The notes under the pieces were generated by a model. That model was not told where the DNA came from. It worked only from the letters and a program-made list of their open reading frames with translations, and made no database searches. From assembly GCF_000315625.1 (NCBI RefSeq), contig NW_005434522.1:59081-123080 (forward strand): DNA of 64,000 nt. The letters run 5' to 3'. Within the stretch, counting starts at the first letter, position 1. Every line of letters begins with the position of its first letter. The translations under genes were made by a program, and so were the position numbers. This document shows positions 1 to 15,857 of this stretch, piece by piece. Source of the DNA: Guillardia theta CCMP2712 (Eukaryota > Protista > Cryptophyta).

Positions 1-245
1 CTTGATCCTGCCCAACGTTCTCCTGATCCTTCTCCCCTCCTGCAGTCGAGGGCAACCAGCTCAGCTCGACTCCTTTCAGTCGTCGACTGACATCCAACAC
101 CGCCCCCTTTGCTTGCCATGTTTTTTTGCTCACGAATTTTCGATTCTAGTAAGAGGAGATGGCGGAGTTGTTGCTCTGACATGAATAAATGAGATAAGAT
201 GTAGATTTTGACGTTGAAGTTAACCATCAGGCTCTGTATTCTCCT

Positions 246-1982
246 TTACTTGCCATTGATCGATTCATGACTACGTGCCGAGGTCTCAGCTTTGATCGCT
301 TTGAGCAATGCGTCACAGAACATCGACATGCTCGCTGTCTTTCGTCTAAGGAACATCGAGTGAGCTAGGAACGGCAATTTCCGTAGAAAACGACCAGAAA
401 ATCCCTGTGCCTGTGCAAGCAACGCACATCCGTTAGAAGTGAAAACATCATGCACTCCAAAAAGACAAGTACGAAGATCATCACCTGACTAGCGCAATGA
501 TACAATCTAATAGAGTTATCGGGACTGGCCGGTGAAGCAGCTTGTTGCGACGCGACGAGACTGACATCCTTCAGATCCTCCTGCGGGGATATAATTCCCA
601 CGCGCATCAATTCTAGAATACAAGAACGCAAAATCTGCCTCTCCTGTCACAGTCTGGGTGGAAGGAAACAAAAGAGACCTGATAGATTGCTGGCGTTGAA
701 GGATGGCCGATGTACTGTTTGATGTCTGCTCGATCTACAAAGGCGAGGTCTATTGCAGCTGTGATGTTGCTTGTTGTCATGACCATGCAGTTATGTCGCT
801 CTTTCAGCTGCGGATCTCCAAGTCAGATCAGCTCACAGCAAACACAAGTGGGACCTTATCTATTTGCGTTAGTAAGGCATTCACTACTCGAATAGCATCT
901 GACGGCTCTTGCCCACTGAGCGCAGACTGTCTGGCTGCTGTCAAGCTTTCTACCTGCTAGTTAGTCAGAGAGGCTGATGGGAGACCACACGGGGTAGGAC
1001 CTCGTCGATCAGAACACACACGAACGTCTGCAGCCATCAAGTGAAAACCGCGTCGTCTAGTCACGAGGTCCTTACCTCTTCATCGTCAAGGAACTCCCGG
1101 ATCGTGTCAAACAGCTTGTTGACGAGCTTTCCGCTCTCAGAGAACCACTTCGAGAAGAGGGAATGCGCGTTGACTTCCACCAGCTGCACTCGCTTCACTC
1201 TCCCTCCCTCCTCTCGCTTCACTCTCCCTCCCTCCTCTCGCTTCACTCTCCCTCCCTTCTCCTCCCGCCTCTCCCTCCCTCCCTCTCTGCCCTCCTCTCA
1301 CCTGCCCGCTCCGGTATCTTTCCGACATGCGGATGGAGAGCTTGTGAGCAAGAGCTTTGCAGAGAGAGGTCTTGCCCGTTCCCGGGGGCCCGTGGAGCAG
1401 AACGACGCGATTCCATGCGATGATATTGGGGTCGACTTGACTGGCGCCAAGTCAGAGAGGATGATCACAACCGCAAGGTCTCACCGATCGGAGAAGAACA
1501 TGGCTGTTTGCGCGTAGTCAAGCAGGTTTCTCTTGACGTCCATGTCATAGATCAGAGTCTCCCACAAGCCATCGAAGTCTTTGGAAGGCAGCATCCATAT
1601 CTGACATGACGTGATGTCTCCGTCTGACTCGTCTGCTGCTCCTTCGGTGTCAAGCTGGACTATGTGCACGTGTAGCTCGGCCTGCCACACTGGGACGGTT
1701 CCACCAGGGACCTGCATGCACATGGTCAGCGTCCTTTCGCGCGCATACTTCTCCCACCCTGTCGTCGAGATCCACATCACAGATCCGCAGAGCGGCGAGA
1801 TTGGCAGAGAGGAAGGAATCTTCAATGATGGTGACGGCTCCGTTGGAGAAGGAGGCATGCCTGGTCGTCAAGAAGGACTCGATACGCTTCTTCAAGTCAG
1901 CAAGAGCCGTGGAGGCCTTGGGGAGCAGTACAGCTTCAACGTGCACTTGGATCTTGTCAGAGAACTCGCTGTCTAGCTCCAT
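246..1982 (-). CDS. PCH2: Pachytene checkpoint protein 2 / TRIP13 AAA+ ATPase (multi-exon)
   Basis: Spliced exons give [47 protein letters not shown] (Walker A), [29 protein letters not shown] (Walker B), [41 protein letters not shown] and [15 protein letters not shown]. All are hallmark PCH2/TRIP13 motifs. Confidence 0.95.
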
Positions 1983-2501
1983 GATCTCTTGCCTGCAATC
2001 CAAGTGAAGTCAACACCTGACTGAATACATCACTAGTCTGATGCCGCGTTTGAGCCACCATGGCCGATACTCTATGGGCAAGTTGGAGGTTGGAAGCCCT
2101 GCCTGCCTGCCTGCCTGCCTCCCTCCCTCCCTCCCTCCCTCCCTCCCTCTTCTCTCTTCCATTTCGCCACGTTCGTTTCTGTCATTTCCCGCCAAATTCT
2201 TCGTGAACTCTACCTACCCCTACGCGATTATCTCTTAACCCTACCCCACCTTTTACTGAAATATGCATTCATTGAACCGGTTGTACATATACCCCCACCC
2301 CCTGAATTGAATCTGAACAGAAAACTTGGAACGCGAAAACCAGAATGACAAATAGGACAAACAAGTTGCGGGGGAGAGGGGGGAGAGAGGAGGGAGGGAA
2401 GGGAGAGGGAAGGGAGAGGGAATGGTTGAGCAGGGCGGTAACATTTTGCGCTTGAGGAACCATGAGCATGTGACATCCTTCTCTCCTCTGCTTTTCCTTG
2501 T

Positions 2502-4456
2502 TTATTCATCATCAATGACCATTCCTCCTCCTTCGCCATCTTCACTGTCCTCATTCTCCTCCTCCTCAGCCGCCCAGCTCTCCTGCTTTCGAACTCGTCA
2601 AGGCAACAAAATCTACCCTCGAGCATCACCGTCGCCGTCGCTTCAGTCTTGGGGGTGAAGGTTGTAGGTGCTGGAGGAGGAGCAGGAGCTAGTGCTGCCG
2701 TGCTCGTCAGCCAGTCGAGGTGGAGGTGAGGCAAGAGCGAAGAGGAGCATGAACGAGGAAGGGAAGTAGATAGTACGCATTGCGGGACAAGGAGAGGGAG
2801 CAAGAATGGTGAAAGGAGTACGAGGGGAGGATAAGAAGGAGCAGCAGGAGATTGAACAGGAGCATGGCTACTTCTCTCTGGATGTTCGATGGCTTTCTCG
2901 GCGAGCAGCTCAGCGAGTGCCTGTACCAAGGGAATCAGAGGAGCACAAGGTGCCTGCCCTCCCCTACCAAAGCATCGACAGTCCATGTGGCGGCCTGGTG
3001 GTTGTCCTCGTGCTGGTCACTGCGGGGAAGAATAAGACGGCCATGGGGGCTGGAAGGGCAGGGACCTGACGACCATGGAGAAGCACTTGTTGTTGGTCAA
3101 ACACTGCTTCACGGCGTTGTTCAGCAGCGCGTCCGGTTGTTTGCTGTGCAGCAGTCAGCAGATTGAGCCCCAGTAAGGATCGAGCTTGCACCCGTAGAAG
3201 GGGAATTTCTTCTTGATGCTCTCGACTATCTCCACCATACTCGCCCTCCTGTCCTTGCTTGTCGCCAGCACCTGGAGGAGAGCTGAGCCTCCTCCGAAGC
3301 CCTCCCACCTCCATGCACCTGCCCGACGATGTGGTTGAAGGATTCGACAGGCTTTTCAGGACCCCCGTCACTGCAGCAGCACATCACTTCCGATGCCGAC
3401 GAGCTTCTCACTCGACCTCCCCGTAGCGTTCGCAGGGCACAAGAAGTAGAAGAAGTGAGCTCCGGGAACCTGCCAAGGGCCGTTAGGACAGGACGAGGCA
3501 GCTGGCCCGCTCACGTAGATTCTTGTCTTGCCCTTCAACAACCGCCAGGGGGGAGAGTTCTGTGTATCAGAACTCAGAGAAACATCATGATCGCCTACCC
3601 CAGCAGACTCCCACCTGATCTACAAAGGTTGAATCGATCCAGACGCCATTCTTGCCGTAGCAGAGCAAAACCCAGCTGCGCTTGCGGAAGTCAAACATGA
3701 TCTGGCAAGAAAAAGATCAGCAGGAGCTTCTCGAGTCGTCTGCTGTCACTTCAATGTGCCTCTTCGATATGTTGGTATTCCATCCCAGCCCCACAAAGCT
3801 ATCGCTGACTGTATCTGAACAAATACAGTGAGCAGATACAGCGAGCAGATACAGCAGCTTCGATATCAAATGTTCCCGACGCATCATACACCACAACAAC
3901 TCGATCATTACCCGAGTCATCCTGATTGCTTGCCTGCATCTCGCCAAGTTTGCGCTTGTTCGTGCCTTTCTGCACCATCCTGGAGGAGGAGGTGAGAGCT
4001 CGGGAGGGCGATGGCTTCTGCCGACCTGTTTCGACCTAGCACGACAGAGGACGTGACGATGAAGTGCTTTAGCCTTGGCCCCTCCAACTTGGCATATGCG
4101 TATGTCTAGCAGGACAGATCAGCACAGTCGCATCAGGCAGGGGGGCCAACGGGTTTTGCGGGGATGGGCGATGCTTTCAGTCGCGATCCGAGGTCGACAG
4201 CAGGATGGCTCGACACTTTCCTTGCTTCAAGTTTCTTGATAGCGAAAGATGAGAACCGGGTCCTCCTTGCCAGCAGGCGCTCACCTTCCTCAAATCGTTG
4301 GGCTGTTGTGAATTGATCTGTGATGCATTGATCTGAAGCATGGCTTGCGGCTGATCATGCGGTCTCTTCAGCTACGATTGTGGCTGACGGTAATGAACTC
4401 ACCGTCGGAAGGATTGGCGGCCTGTTGGGCATGCTGATGTTGGGAACATTGTTCAT
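2502..4456 (-). CDS. FHA + forkhead (FoxK/Fkh1/2-like) transcription factor (multi-exon)
   Basis: FHA exons: AYAKLEGPRLKHFIVTSSVVLGRN, GWNTNISKRHIE, IMFDFRKRSWVLLCYGKNGVWID, RLLKGKTRIYVPGAHFFYF. Forkhead exons: KPVESFNHIVGQ|VLATSKDRRASMVEIVESIKKKFPFYG|KQPDALLNNAVKQCLTNNKCFSMVV|..AATWTVDAL, with compatible GT-AG phases. Acidic tail ends ...GMVIDDE*. None of this appears as one ORF in the track. Confidence 0.75.
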
Positions 4457-5260
4457 GTGTTGTGTTGGCAAGCTAGCAAAGATTCAGAACCAACAACTTC
4501 ATCACATTTCTCCTTATGTTGTCCTTTGTCGACCTCTCCATCCATCGATACATGCCCACCTCTCTCCAATGCTCACGCCACTGCCGCCGATCCCTTCTTA
4601 CTGTCTTGAGTTTCTTTTCCTTCCATCCTCCACCCTCCATCCTTTCACGTTCTCTCCCCCTCTCTCCTCCCCCTCTCTCCTCCCCTTCCTAGCGGTCTAC
4701 AACATTTTTCTACCCACATGCCTACCCTACCCCCTTCAACCTGCTTTGATCGTCCTCTACCACCCCTAATTTAGCACCCCACCCAGTAATTTCCAATCTA
4801 TCACCCACTATTCATATGACCTCCTGGTCTAGATACACCACCATGGTACCCCCCCATCAGAGGTACCCCTCCATCTGTCCTTCTGTTCAATCCCAGCAGA
4901 CATGGCGGGAGAGCTGGATGGAGGGAGGGGGTGCGGGAGAGGAGGAGAGGAGGAGGAGGAGCGGCACAACAAGCGAAGGAACAAGAGGCGATATAGAGCG
5001 TGCGCGAGTGATGGAGAGGGTTCGGATGTATATCCATGTTGAGGGATGGATGGGAAATGCAAGCTGACGAGGACGAGGACAAAGAGGACCCCGGCTGAGA
5101 GCGAGGGAGGCAGCGAGTGAGAGAGCATGGCAGGGTGAGAGTGAGCATGACTATGAGCGTGACTCTGGGGAAGATGATGTGTGAGGCTGGTTCTGCGAGA
5201 GGCTGAGTTTGTGCTCGTGCTGACGAGTTTAAACCCCCTTCAGCTCGGGAATCATACAAC

Positions 5261-8893
<3,633 letters not shown>

Positions 8894-8949
8894 AGGAGGA
8901 GCGCTACAGCTTATTCGTCTTATTACACTCGAGACACCACGAGCCTTTC

Positions 8950-11900
8950 TCAGTTCGCTACTGTATGCACAGGCTGACCACTGTGCATCGCATGCTCCTC
9001 CTTCTCGGCCTCTTCCTCCTTCTCGTTGAGCTGCTCGTCGATCACCGAGTCTTCCAGCTCCCCCGCCCACTTGCCCAAGGAGATCCAGTCGTAGGGGATG
9101 TAGTGGAACAAGAAGTTCATGGGGATCGACGAGAAGCCGAGGACCAGACACACGCCCCACTGCACGTCAAGTCAGCGCAAGTGCCCAGCATGGCCTTCCT
9201 TCCTACCTGCCAGCCCTCCAGCGCTGCGCAGCCGAACCCGAAGTTGATGGAGGGCACTTGAATGAGGATGACCTGTACCCCAAGAGTTCCGATGACGACA
9301 GCGAGGAACATATTGTTATAGAGAATGCCTGCAGCGCCATCACATACCTCTCTTCCTCCTCCTCCTCCTCCTCCTCCTCCTCCTCCTCCTCCTCCTCCTC
9401 TTCCTACCTTTGAACACGTTGAATTCGTTGTGGATCTTGCGGCTATTTATTTCGTTGAAAACCTGCATGCCCGCAAGTCAGCGAGAAAGAGACTGAGCTG
9501 GGGGTCACCTGGAGCAGAACAAACGTGTTGAAAACCATGGTCATGTGCTGGGTTTTGGTACCGCATCCTCCCTCCTCCTTGAGGCAGTAGCCCCTGTCTC
9601 TCAAGGGGATCAGCCCGGTGAAGGGGGGTGCTCCAGAGTCGTTGTAGTCGATAGGCAGCGAGGTCACGTTGATGAAGGAGCTGAGCCATAGTCACTGACA
9701 GGCAAGGGGGAGGAGGAGGAGGATTAGGAGGGAGAGGGAGAGGAAGAGGAAGTGCAGGAGTGAGAGGAGGAGGAGGACGAGCAGCAGCAGCAGGAGACCT
9801 GTTATCGCTGACGCTGAAGAGAGGGATACAGTTATGGATGGAGGGGTTGATCGACGCGAGCCACTCGTTGTCAAAGGCTGGGGGTCTGCCGCTCCGCAAA
9901 GTGAAGAGAAGGTTGAGGTCGGGAGTTCCCGCGCACTGGTTGACGTCAGAGCCCATCTGGCAGATGTCCCCGACCCCGAAGATGAGCGCGAGGAGGATGA
10001 GGAGCTGCCAGATGGCGTGGGCGAACATGTTCTTGACCATGACCTTGGAAAGGATGGGAGCTGTGCGATGGTAGGGGAAGCGATTCAGCAGCTGCTCCTT
10101 GAGACCCGGCGACTTGTTCGGATCTTCAGTGGCGAGGGCGAGGGAAGCGAAGGAGTCCATGATGAGGTTGACCCACAGCAGCTGGATGACCGAGATGGGA
10201 CTCTCCGTCAGCGTCGCCGCCCCCACGGTCGCGAGGACGCAGGCGACGATGTTGACGGTGAGCTGGAACTGAAGGAACTTGCAGATGTTGTCGTACACGC
10301 ACCTCCCCCACTTGACAGCTGCGACGATGGACTGAAAGTTGTCGTCGAGGATCACAATGTCAGCTGCTTGCTGTGCTACCTGAGTGCCGTTGATGAACAT
10401 GGCAAAGCCGACGTCAGCCTGCTTCAGCGCCGGAGCATCGTTCGTCCCGTCCCCAGTGACGGCGACAACTTGCCTTGACTGCTTGTTCCCGTTGCCGGCA
10501 TCGATCACAAGCCTGCTGCGTTGAATGCCTGTCACAAGGACAAGCTTGTCTGTTGGAGTTGATCGCGCGAGGACGCGAAGCTTCGGCCAGATCTTGTCGA
10601 ACTCTATCTGGTTGATGAACTTCTCAGGATGGTCCGTGTTCTGTTCGAAGAGCACAGCTTGTCGGAACTGCTCTCCTGTCATCGCTATCTCTGTTCCTGA
10701 CTCCTCGCCCTCCTTGGTCAGGATGTTCGCCTTGCGAGAGATCGCCTTGGCTGTGCTCAAGTTGTCCCCCGTCACCATCCTGATCACGATCCCTGCGCTC
10801 CTGCATGTTGCGATGGCCGACGGAACTTCGTCGCGCAAGGGATCCTCGATGCCGAGCACGGCGATGAGCGTCAGGTCCTGCTCCACGTCGTCGGGCAGGC
10901 TCCCATCAGCAGTGACGGGAGTCTGAGGGAACTCCTTGTAGGCCACCGCGAGGGTTCGGAGCCCTTGCGAAGCGAAGTCGTCGATGGCGTTCATGATGTC
11001 CGACCGCGTGCTCTCGTCCAGGCTCTTCGTCTCGCTCCCTGACGCGAAGGTCGTGCACAGCCCCAGCACGATCTCCGACGCTCCCTTGCAGTACAAGCGA
11101 AACGGCTGCGGCGAACCCGCCGGCATGGGCACCAGCGTGCACATGCGCTTGCGCTTGGAGGAGAAGGTGATGCTGGAGCGGCCAGGCATGGACTCGGGGA
11201 ACTCGGTCCTGTACTTCTTGTAGGGCATGTCTAGCGCTCCGACCTCCCCGCGGTAGTCGAAGAGGAAGTTCACCAACTTGAGGAGCGCACACTCAGTGGC
11301 GTTGCCACTGTATGCTACCACAGTCTTGCCGTCAAGCTTGACAACTTCCTGCACCTCCCTGCCGTCACTTCCTTTCTTCCTCGTCGTCTTCGCCACTAAG
11401 TCTGTCTTCTCCGACGTGTTGATGGTCATGGCGGCGCAGAGAAGCTCCTTCAAGTCTGTGCTCAGCCCTCCCTTCATGTCCTCGGGCTTTCCGGGCTTCC
11501 CAGCGATCCAGCAGTCCATGACGGTCATCATGCTCGTTGTGAGGGTGCCCGTCTTGTCGGAGCAGATGGTCGTGGCTGACCCCATGGTCTCGACGGCACT
11601 GCCGTGCTTCACCATGTTCTGATCACTCATCATCTTCTTCACTGAGAAGGCGAGAGCGATCGTGACAGCAAGGGGAAGGCCTTCAGGTACGGCGACCACG
11701 AAGATGGTGATTCCCGTGATGATGTAATGGATGATTTTCATCCAATCTCGGTTGTTGTCCCAAACCTCAGCACAGCACGACTTGGTTGCAAACATCACAC
11801 CCAACTGATCAAAAGCACCAACAGGATCCCAAGACCGAAGAATGCGCCAACCTTGGTGATCAGAATGGTCATCTCATCAAGTTTTCTCTGCATGATGCTG

Positions 11901-13032
11901 CGCTCAGACCTGGCAAAGACAGTCAACATCGGGTCATCCGCGCGTCATCAATGCTCACTCATCGTCTTCTGCATCGTCATCCCCCTTGTCTCCCAACAGG
12001 ATTTGCTCGTAGGTGTTGCGACCGACTGCAATCACGAGCATCTTGCCTTCTCCATCCTGCACTTGAGTTCCCTTGAACACAAGCGGGGTTCGATGCGGCG
12101 TGGGCTCGTAGACGTTCTTCATTTCCTCCAAGCTCATGGTCGTATCGGCCGGGAAGAATTTTCGAAGATCCTCATCGGTGGGCAACTGAGAGGAGGAGAA
12201 GGATCAGGAGCCACATGTCAACCCCGCACGAGCCTCTCACCTCGAAGTTCCCTTTCTCTTGGAACTCGTAAGCTCCTTTGCTGATCGCATTAGATTCGCC
12301 AGTTAACGCTCCCTCGAAGATCTTGAGCGTGTTTCGCTCAAACACTAGACCATCAGCACAAATAATATCTCCTGTAGACAACACTACGCAATCCCCCACC
12401 ACAATTTCGCGGGTCGAGACTCTGATCTGGAATGAAACAGTAAGCAAAGGCAGAGTCATAGCAGCGATCTGCTAACCTGCCTGCCTTCTCGGATCACATT
12501 CACAAGCTCATCAGAAGCTGAATCTGTCAGGTCTCGAAACTGTCTTTCCTTCGCACTCTCTTGAATAGCTCCCACAAGAACGACAACTGCGACCGCAACC
12601 AAAATTGCAACGCCATCTACATATCCGTAACAAACCCTCTCCTCTGGGATAGCAAGTCCAACCGTCTGCGAACACAAGCATGAATCAAGTGAGACAAGCT
12701 GCATCAACAAGTACCAGAGACACAATGGCAGAGAAACAAAGAAACTGCAACGTAGGGTCTTGTAAAGCGTCCCAACAAAATTTCCAGAAAGGAGTTAATG
12801 GAGGAGGCTCTACATAATTCTTGCCGTAGGTTTGCTGACGCATCTGCAATTCACTTTCCTTGATTCCATCTCCCATGTTCGTCTTGAGCCCTTTCTGCAC
12901 GCCTTCAAAACCCCCCATCTCTTCCAGCTTCGGTAGAACCTTGCTCTTGACATCATGGCCCAGACGATAATTGATGTTCAGAAATACAAACTTTTTCAAG
13001 TCTTCGATGCTAAACTTGAACCCTTCTGCCAT
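8950..13032 (-). CDS. P-type Ca2+-transporting ATPase, P2B/PMCA type (multi-exon)
   Basis: LTGES, VAVPEGLPLAVT, ICSDKTGTLT, KGASE, MVTGDN, VTGDGTNDAPAL, WGRCVYDNICKFLQFQLTVN, QLLWVNLIMDS and TMVFNTFV. Confidence 0.95.
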
Positions 13033-15857
13033 GGCTCACAATCTTTTGAAAGCCGGAGAACAGATATGTTATGGAATCACCGCTACCTCAGTCCATGATC
13101 ATGGCGCTGTACTGTGTCAGTTGAATGGAGCTAGCAGGGTCGATAGCACGGTCGAAGATCGAACAGACCCCGAAATGAATCACTGCCGAGTCAAGAGCAA
13201 ACACTGCACGTCCGGTGGGAAAGAGATCTTTGATGAGAACCTGAACCCAGATTGCCCACACAGTAAAGGGGAAGACAACTTATCCAGGCAACTGGTGGAA
13301 CTGGGGAGCAGAAGACAGAGAATGGTCGAGCCGGAATGAAACGGGGAGCGGACCAATGAGAAGGGTGGGGGGGAGAGAGGAGGGAAGGGGGGGGGGGGAG
13401 TGACAGCAAAGGAGGAATGGGAGGGGAGGAGAAGGAAGGAGGGAGGAGAGGAAAGGGACGGCAAAGAAGTGAAGAAAAGCGGAAGGTCAGAAGCGCTAGG
13501 GCAAGAAGAGCAGGAGGAGCCTAACGGAGCTAACGGCCAGGCCTTCTGACCGCCGAGGGTCGACAGCTTGCGGGGTTTGGAGGGGTCCTGATATTACTAA
13601 TTTATGGGCAAAAAGACCACCTTGTCTCCCTAGATATTTACTTTATATAAATGCTATACTGATAAGCTACCAATAACTTTACTTAATATGGCAGGTGCAG
13701 TTCATACTGCCCCTTTATCAAATTTCCTTGTCACCACCACCCCGCTCCGCACCAAATCCGCAGGGGTACATCCACCCCTACCTGGTTGACTTTAGTACCC
13801 ACCCCTTGAAATTTCACATTCATCCTCCCCCTCTGACCTCTGTATCTGTACCCCACCCTACTAGAGACCAAGACACCCTACCCTTCTCCAAGCGTATATC
13901 CCTCTTTCCATGGGGTCTGCTTCACCCCTAAGCCTAGAGGACTAAAAGGCTATCTGCGCTACTACTGGATATAAAACGAGAGGGAGCCCTCCATTTCTCA
14001 CCTCCACCCCCCCCACACTCCTACTCCTACCCCTATACACCACATCCTCGTGGTTCTTGAACCCTACCATGCTCGTCTCGTGATCCCACCCCCTGGAATG
14101 ACCAGGCATTTCACGGACCCCTTCCTCCTCTTCTACCACCCTTCCCTCCCTCCTCCACCGCGTCAACCATCATGCCATGGACTGCTCCAACCGTCGGGCA
14201 GGAGGAGCACCCTACCCCCAAAAGTCATCTCTCGATACACCGGTACTGACATTGTACCCACCTACGACCCTCTGTGACTCTCAATAAAAGGATGATGGGG
14301 GCTCTGTGACCAGACCACCCACCCCCTCAAAGCTCTTAATCCCACCCCTCAAAATTAGGAACCTTTGACCTGAAGTAGACCACCTACCCCTACTAGCGAA
14401 CGCAAACAATTATAATACTTATAAAGTGTAATGCCACCCCCTACACACACAACCCCAACTTTCCCCTTTGACCACACCCACCCATATCCTCGCATGATAA
14501 CTAGTAGTTGTAGGTCTCCTCCGGAAATTACTACTAGTGCTGATGTTTAGTCCCCCAAAGTGACTACCATAACAACTACCCCCACCCTAGAGAGATGGAC
14601 CCTACCCGACCCGTCCATCCGATGTACGGTAGCACCCACCTTATTCCCCAGATTCTTGTTCTACCCACCCTGGGTGGGTGTGATTTTTGACTTAACTTTG
14701 AGTAAAGAGTACGGCCGACTGTGACCTCCAATACTACCCCACCCTCTTCCTACCCCACCCTCCTTTGACCTGCAGTGGTGCCGATGAGTCCGCATATGAT
14801 CCGCCGCGGCGCCGGCGCGAGCCGCTAAACTTGAACGGAAGTTCCGCCAGTGCCAGGGTGATATGTCATGAGTCCGGGACTCGGCCCCGGGCCCAGCCGA
14901 CTAGTGAAAGGCCGCGCTTCAAACTTGCCGCGCGGCGTGCTCATGACTCTCAGAGTTCAGTCCCATCATCGGCATCGCTCCGGGCGGCCCGGGCCGCTCA
15001 GGCCCGGCACTCACTGCGACAATCCGGGCCTAGTGGCTTGACGGGCCCGGTCCGGTGATCACTGTCAAGTTCGCAGTTACTCAGCCTGGAGTTCCGATTC
15101 AATCGAAACGAGGAGGGGGATGAGGGGCTAAAAGACCACCCACCACCCAACTTCCACTCTAGACTCGAATATCCCTGACATCAACCACCCCTACCTATTC
15201 AAAATACTCGTAACACCCCACCCTAATACGCGGCCCCCTTACTAGAAATCATATGGACCCAAGGACTGGGAGAGCTGTAGCACAATTGGTAGGGTACACA
15301 TCCTTTGAAAATGACCGGTACTTGGAAGTCCTTTTAGTGGGGCCACGAGGAGGTAGGGTGATACTCCAGGCCTCAACGGTATCAACCCCCTGGAAACACA
15401 TGCACTACCCCTCAAAATCCCTAGTTCAGTACCCCTACCCTGTCTTACCCGGACCTCCTGCATTTTCATCCTGGAAGCTCTTGGAGCTGCTTGCTGTCGC
15501 TTTTCGCTTGCTCGCCTTCGCTTGCTCGCCTTTGGTAGCGCTGTTCTCCCTCCCACCCATCTTCTCCCTCCCACCCATCTTCTCCCTCCCATCCATCTCC
15601 CTGCTGCCACTCTGCCTCCTCCCCGTTCTCACTCTGCCTCCTCTCTGCTAACTCATTCTTCCTCTTCCTCCACCGACTTCCACGCAGTCTCGAGCTGACT
15701 GCCATGAGATAAAGTCGCAACATCGCACGAGAGCACCTTGAATTCAGTCAGCTTCTTCATCTTGAGCACAAGGCCCAAGTCTCGGTCGGCGCAGCTCGTG
15801 TGGCTTCTTGCAGTCTGATGCTTTTGCTGTGACTGAACTTCAATTCGCCTCGCCGTG

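Noticed and set aside
1-119. Possible first exons of a minus-strand gene (MASKGGGVG..)
   Set aside because: Too short at the window edge to support.
15253-15651. 132-aa ORF MDPRTGRAVAQ..
   Set aside because: It lies in a C-rich intergenic tract, its second half is simple repeat, and it has no recognisable domain.
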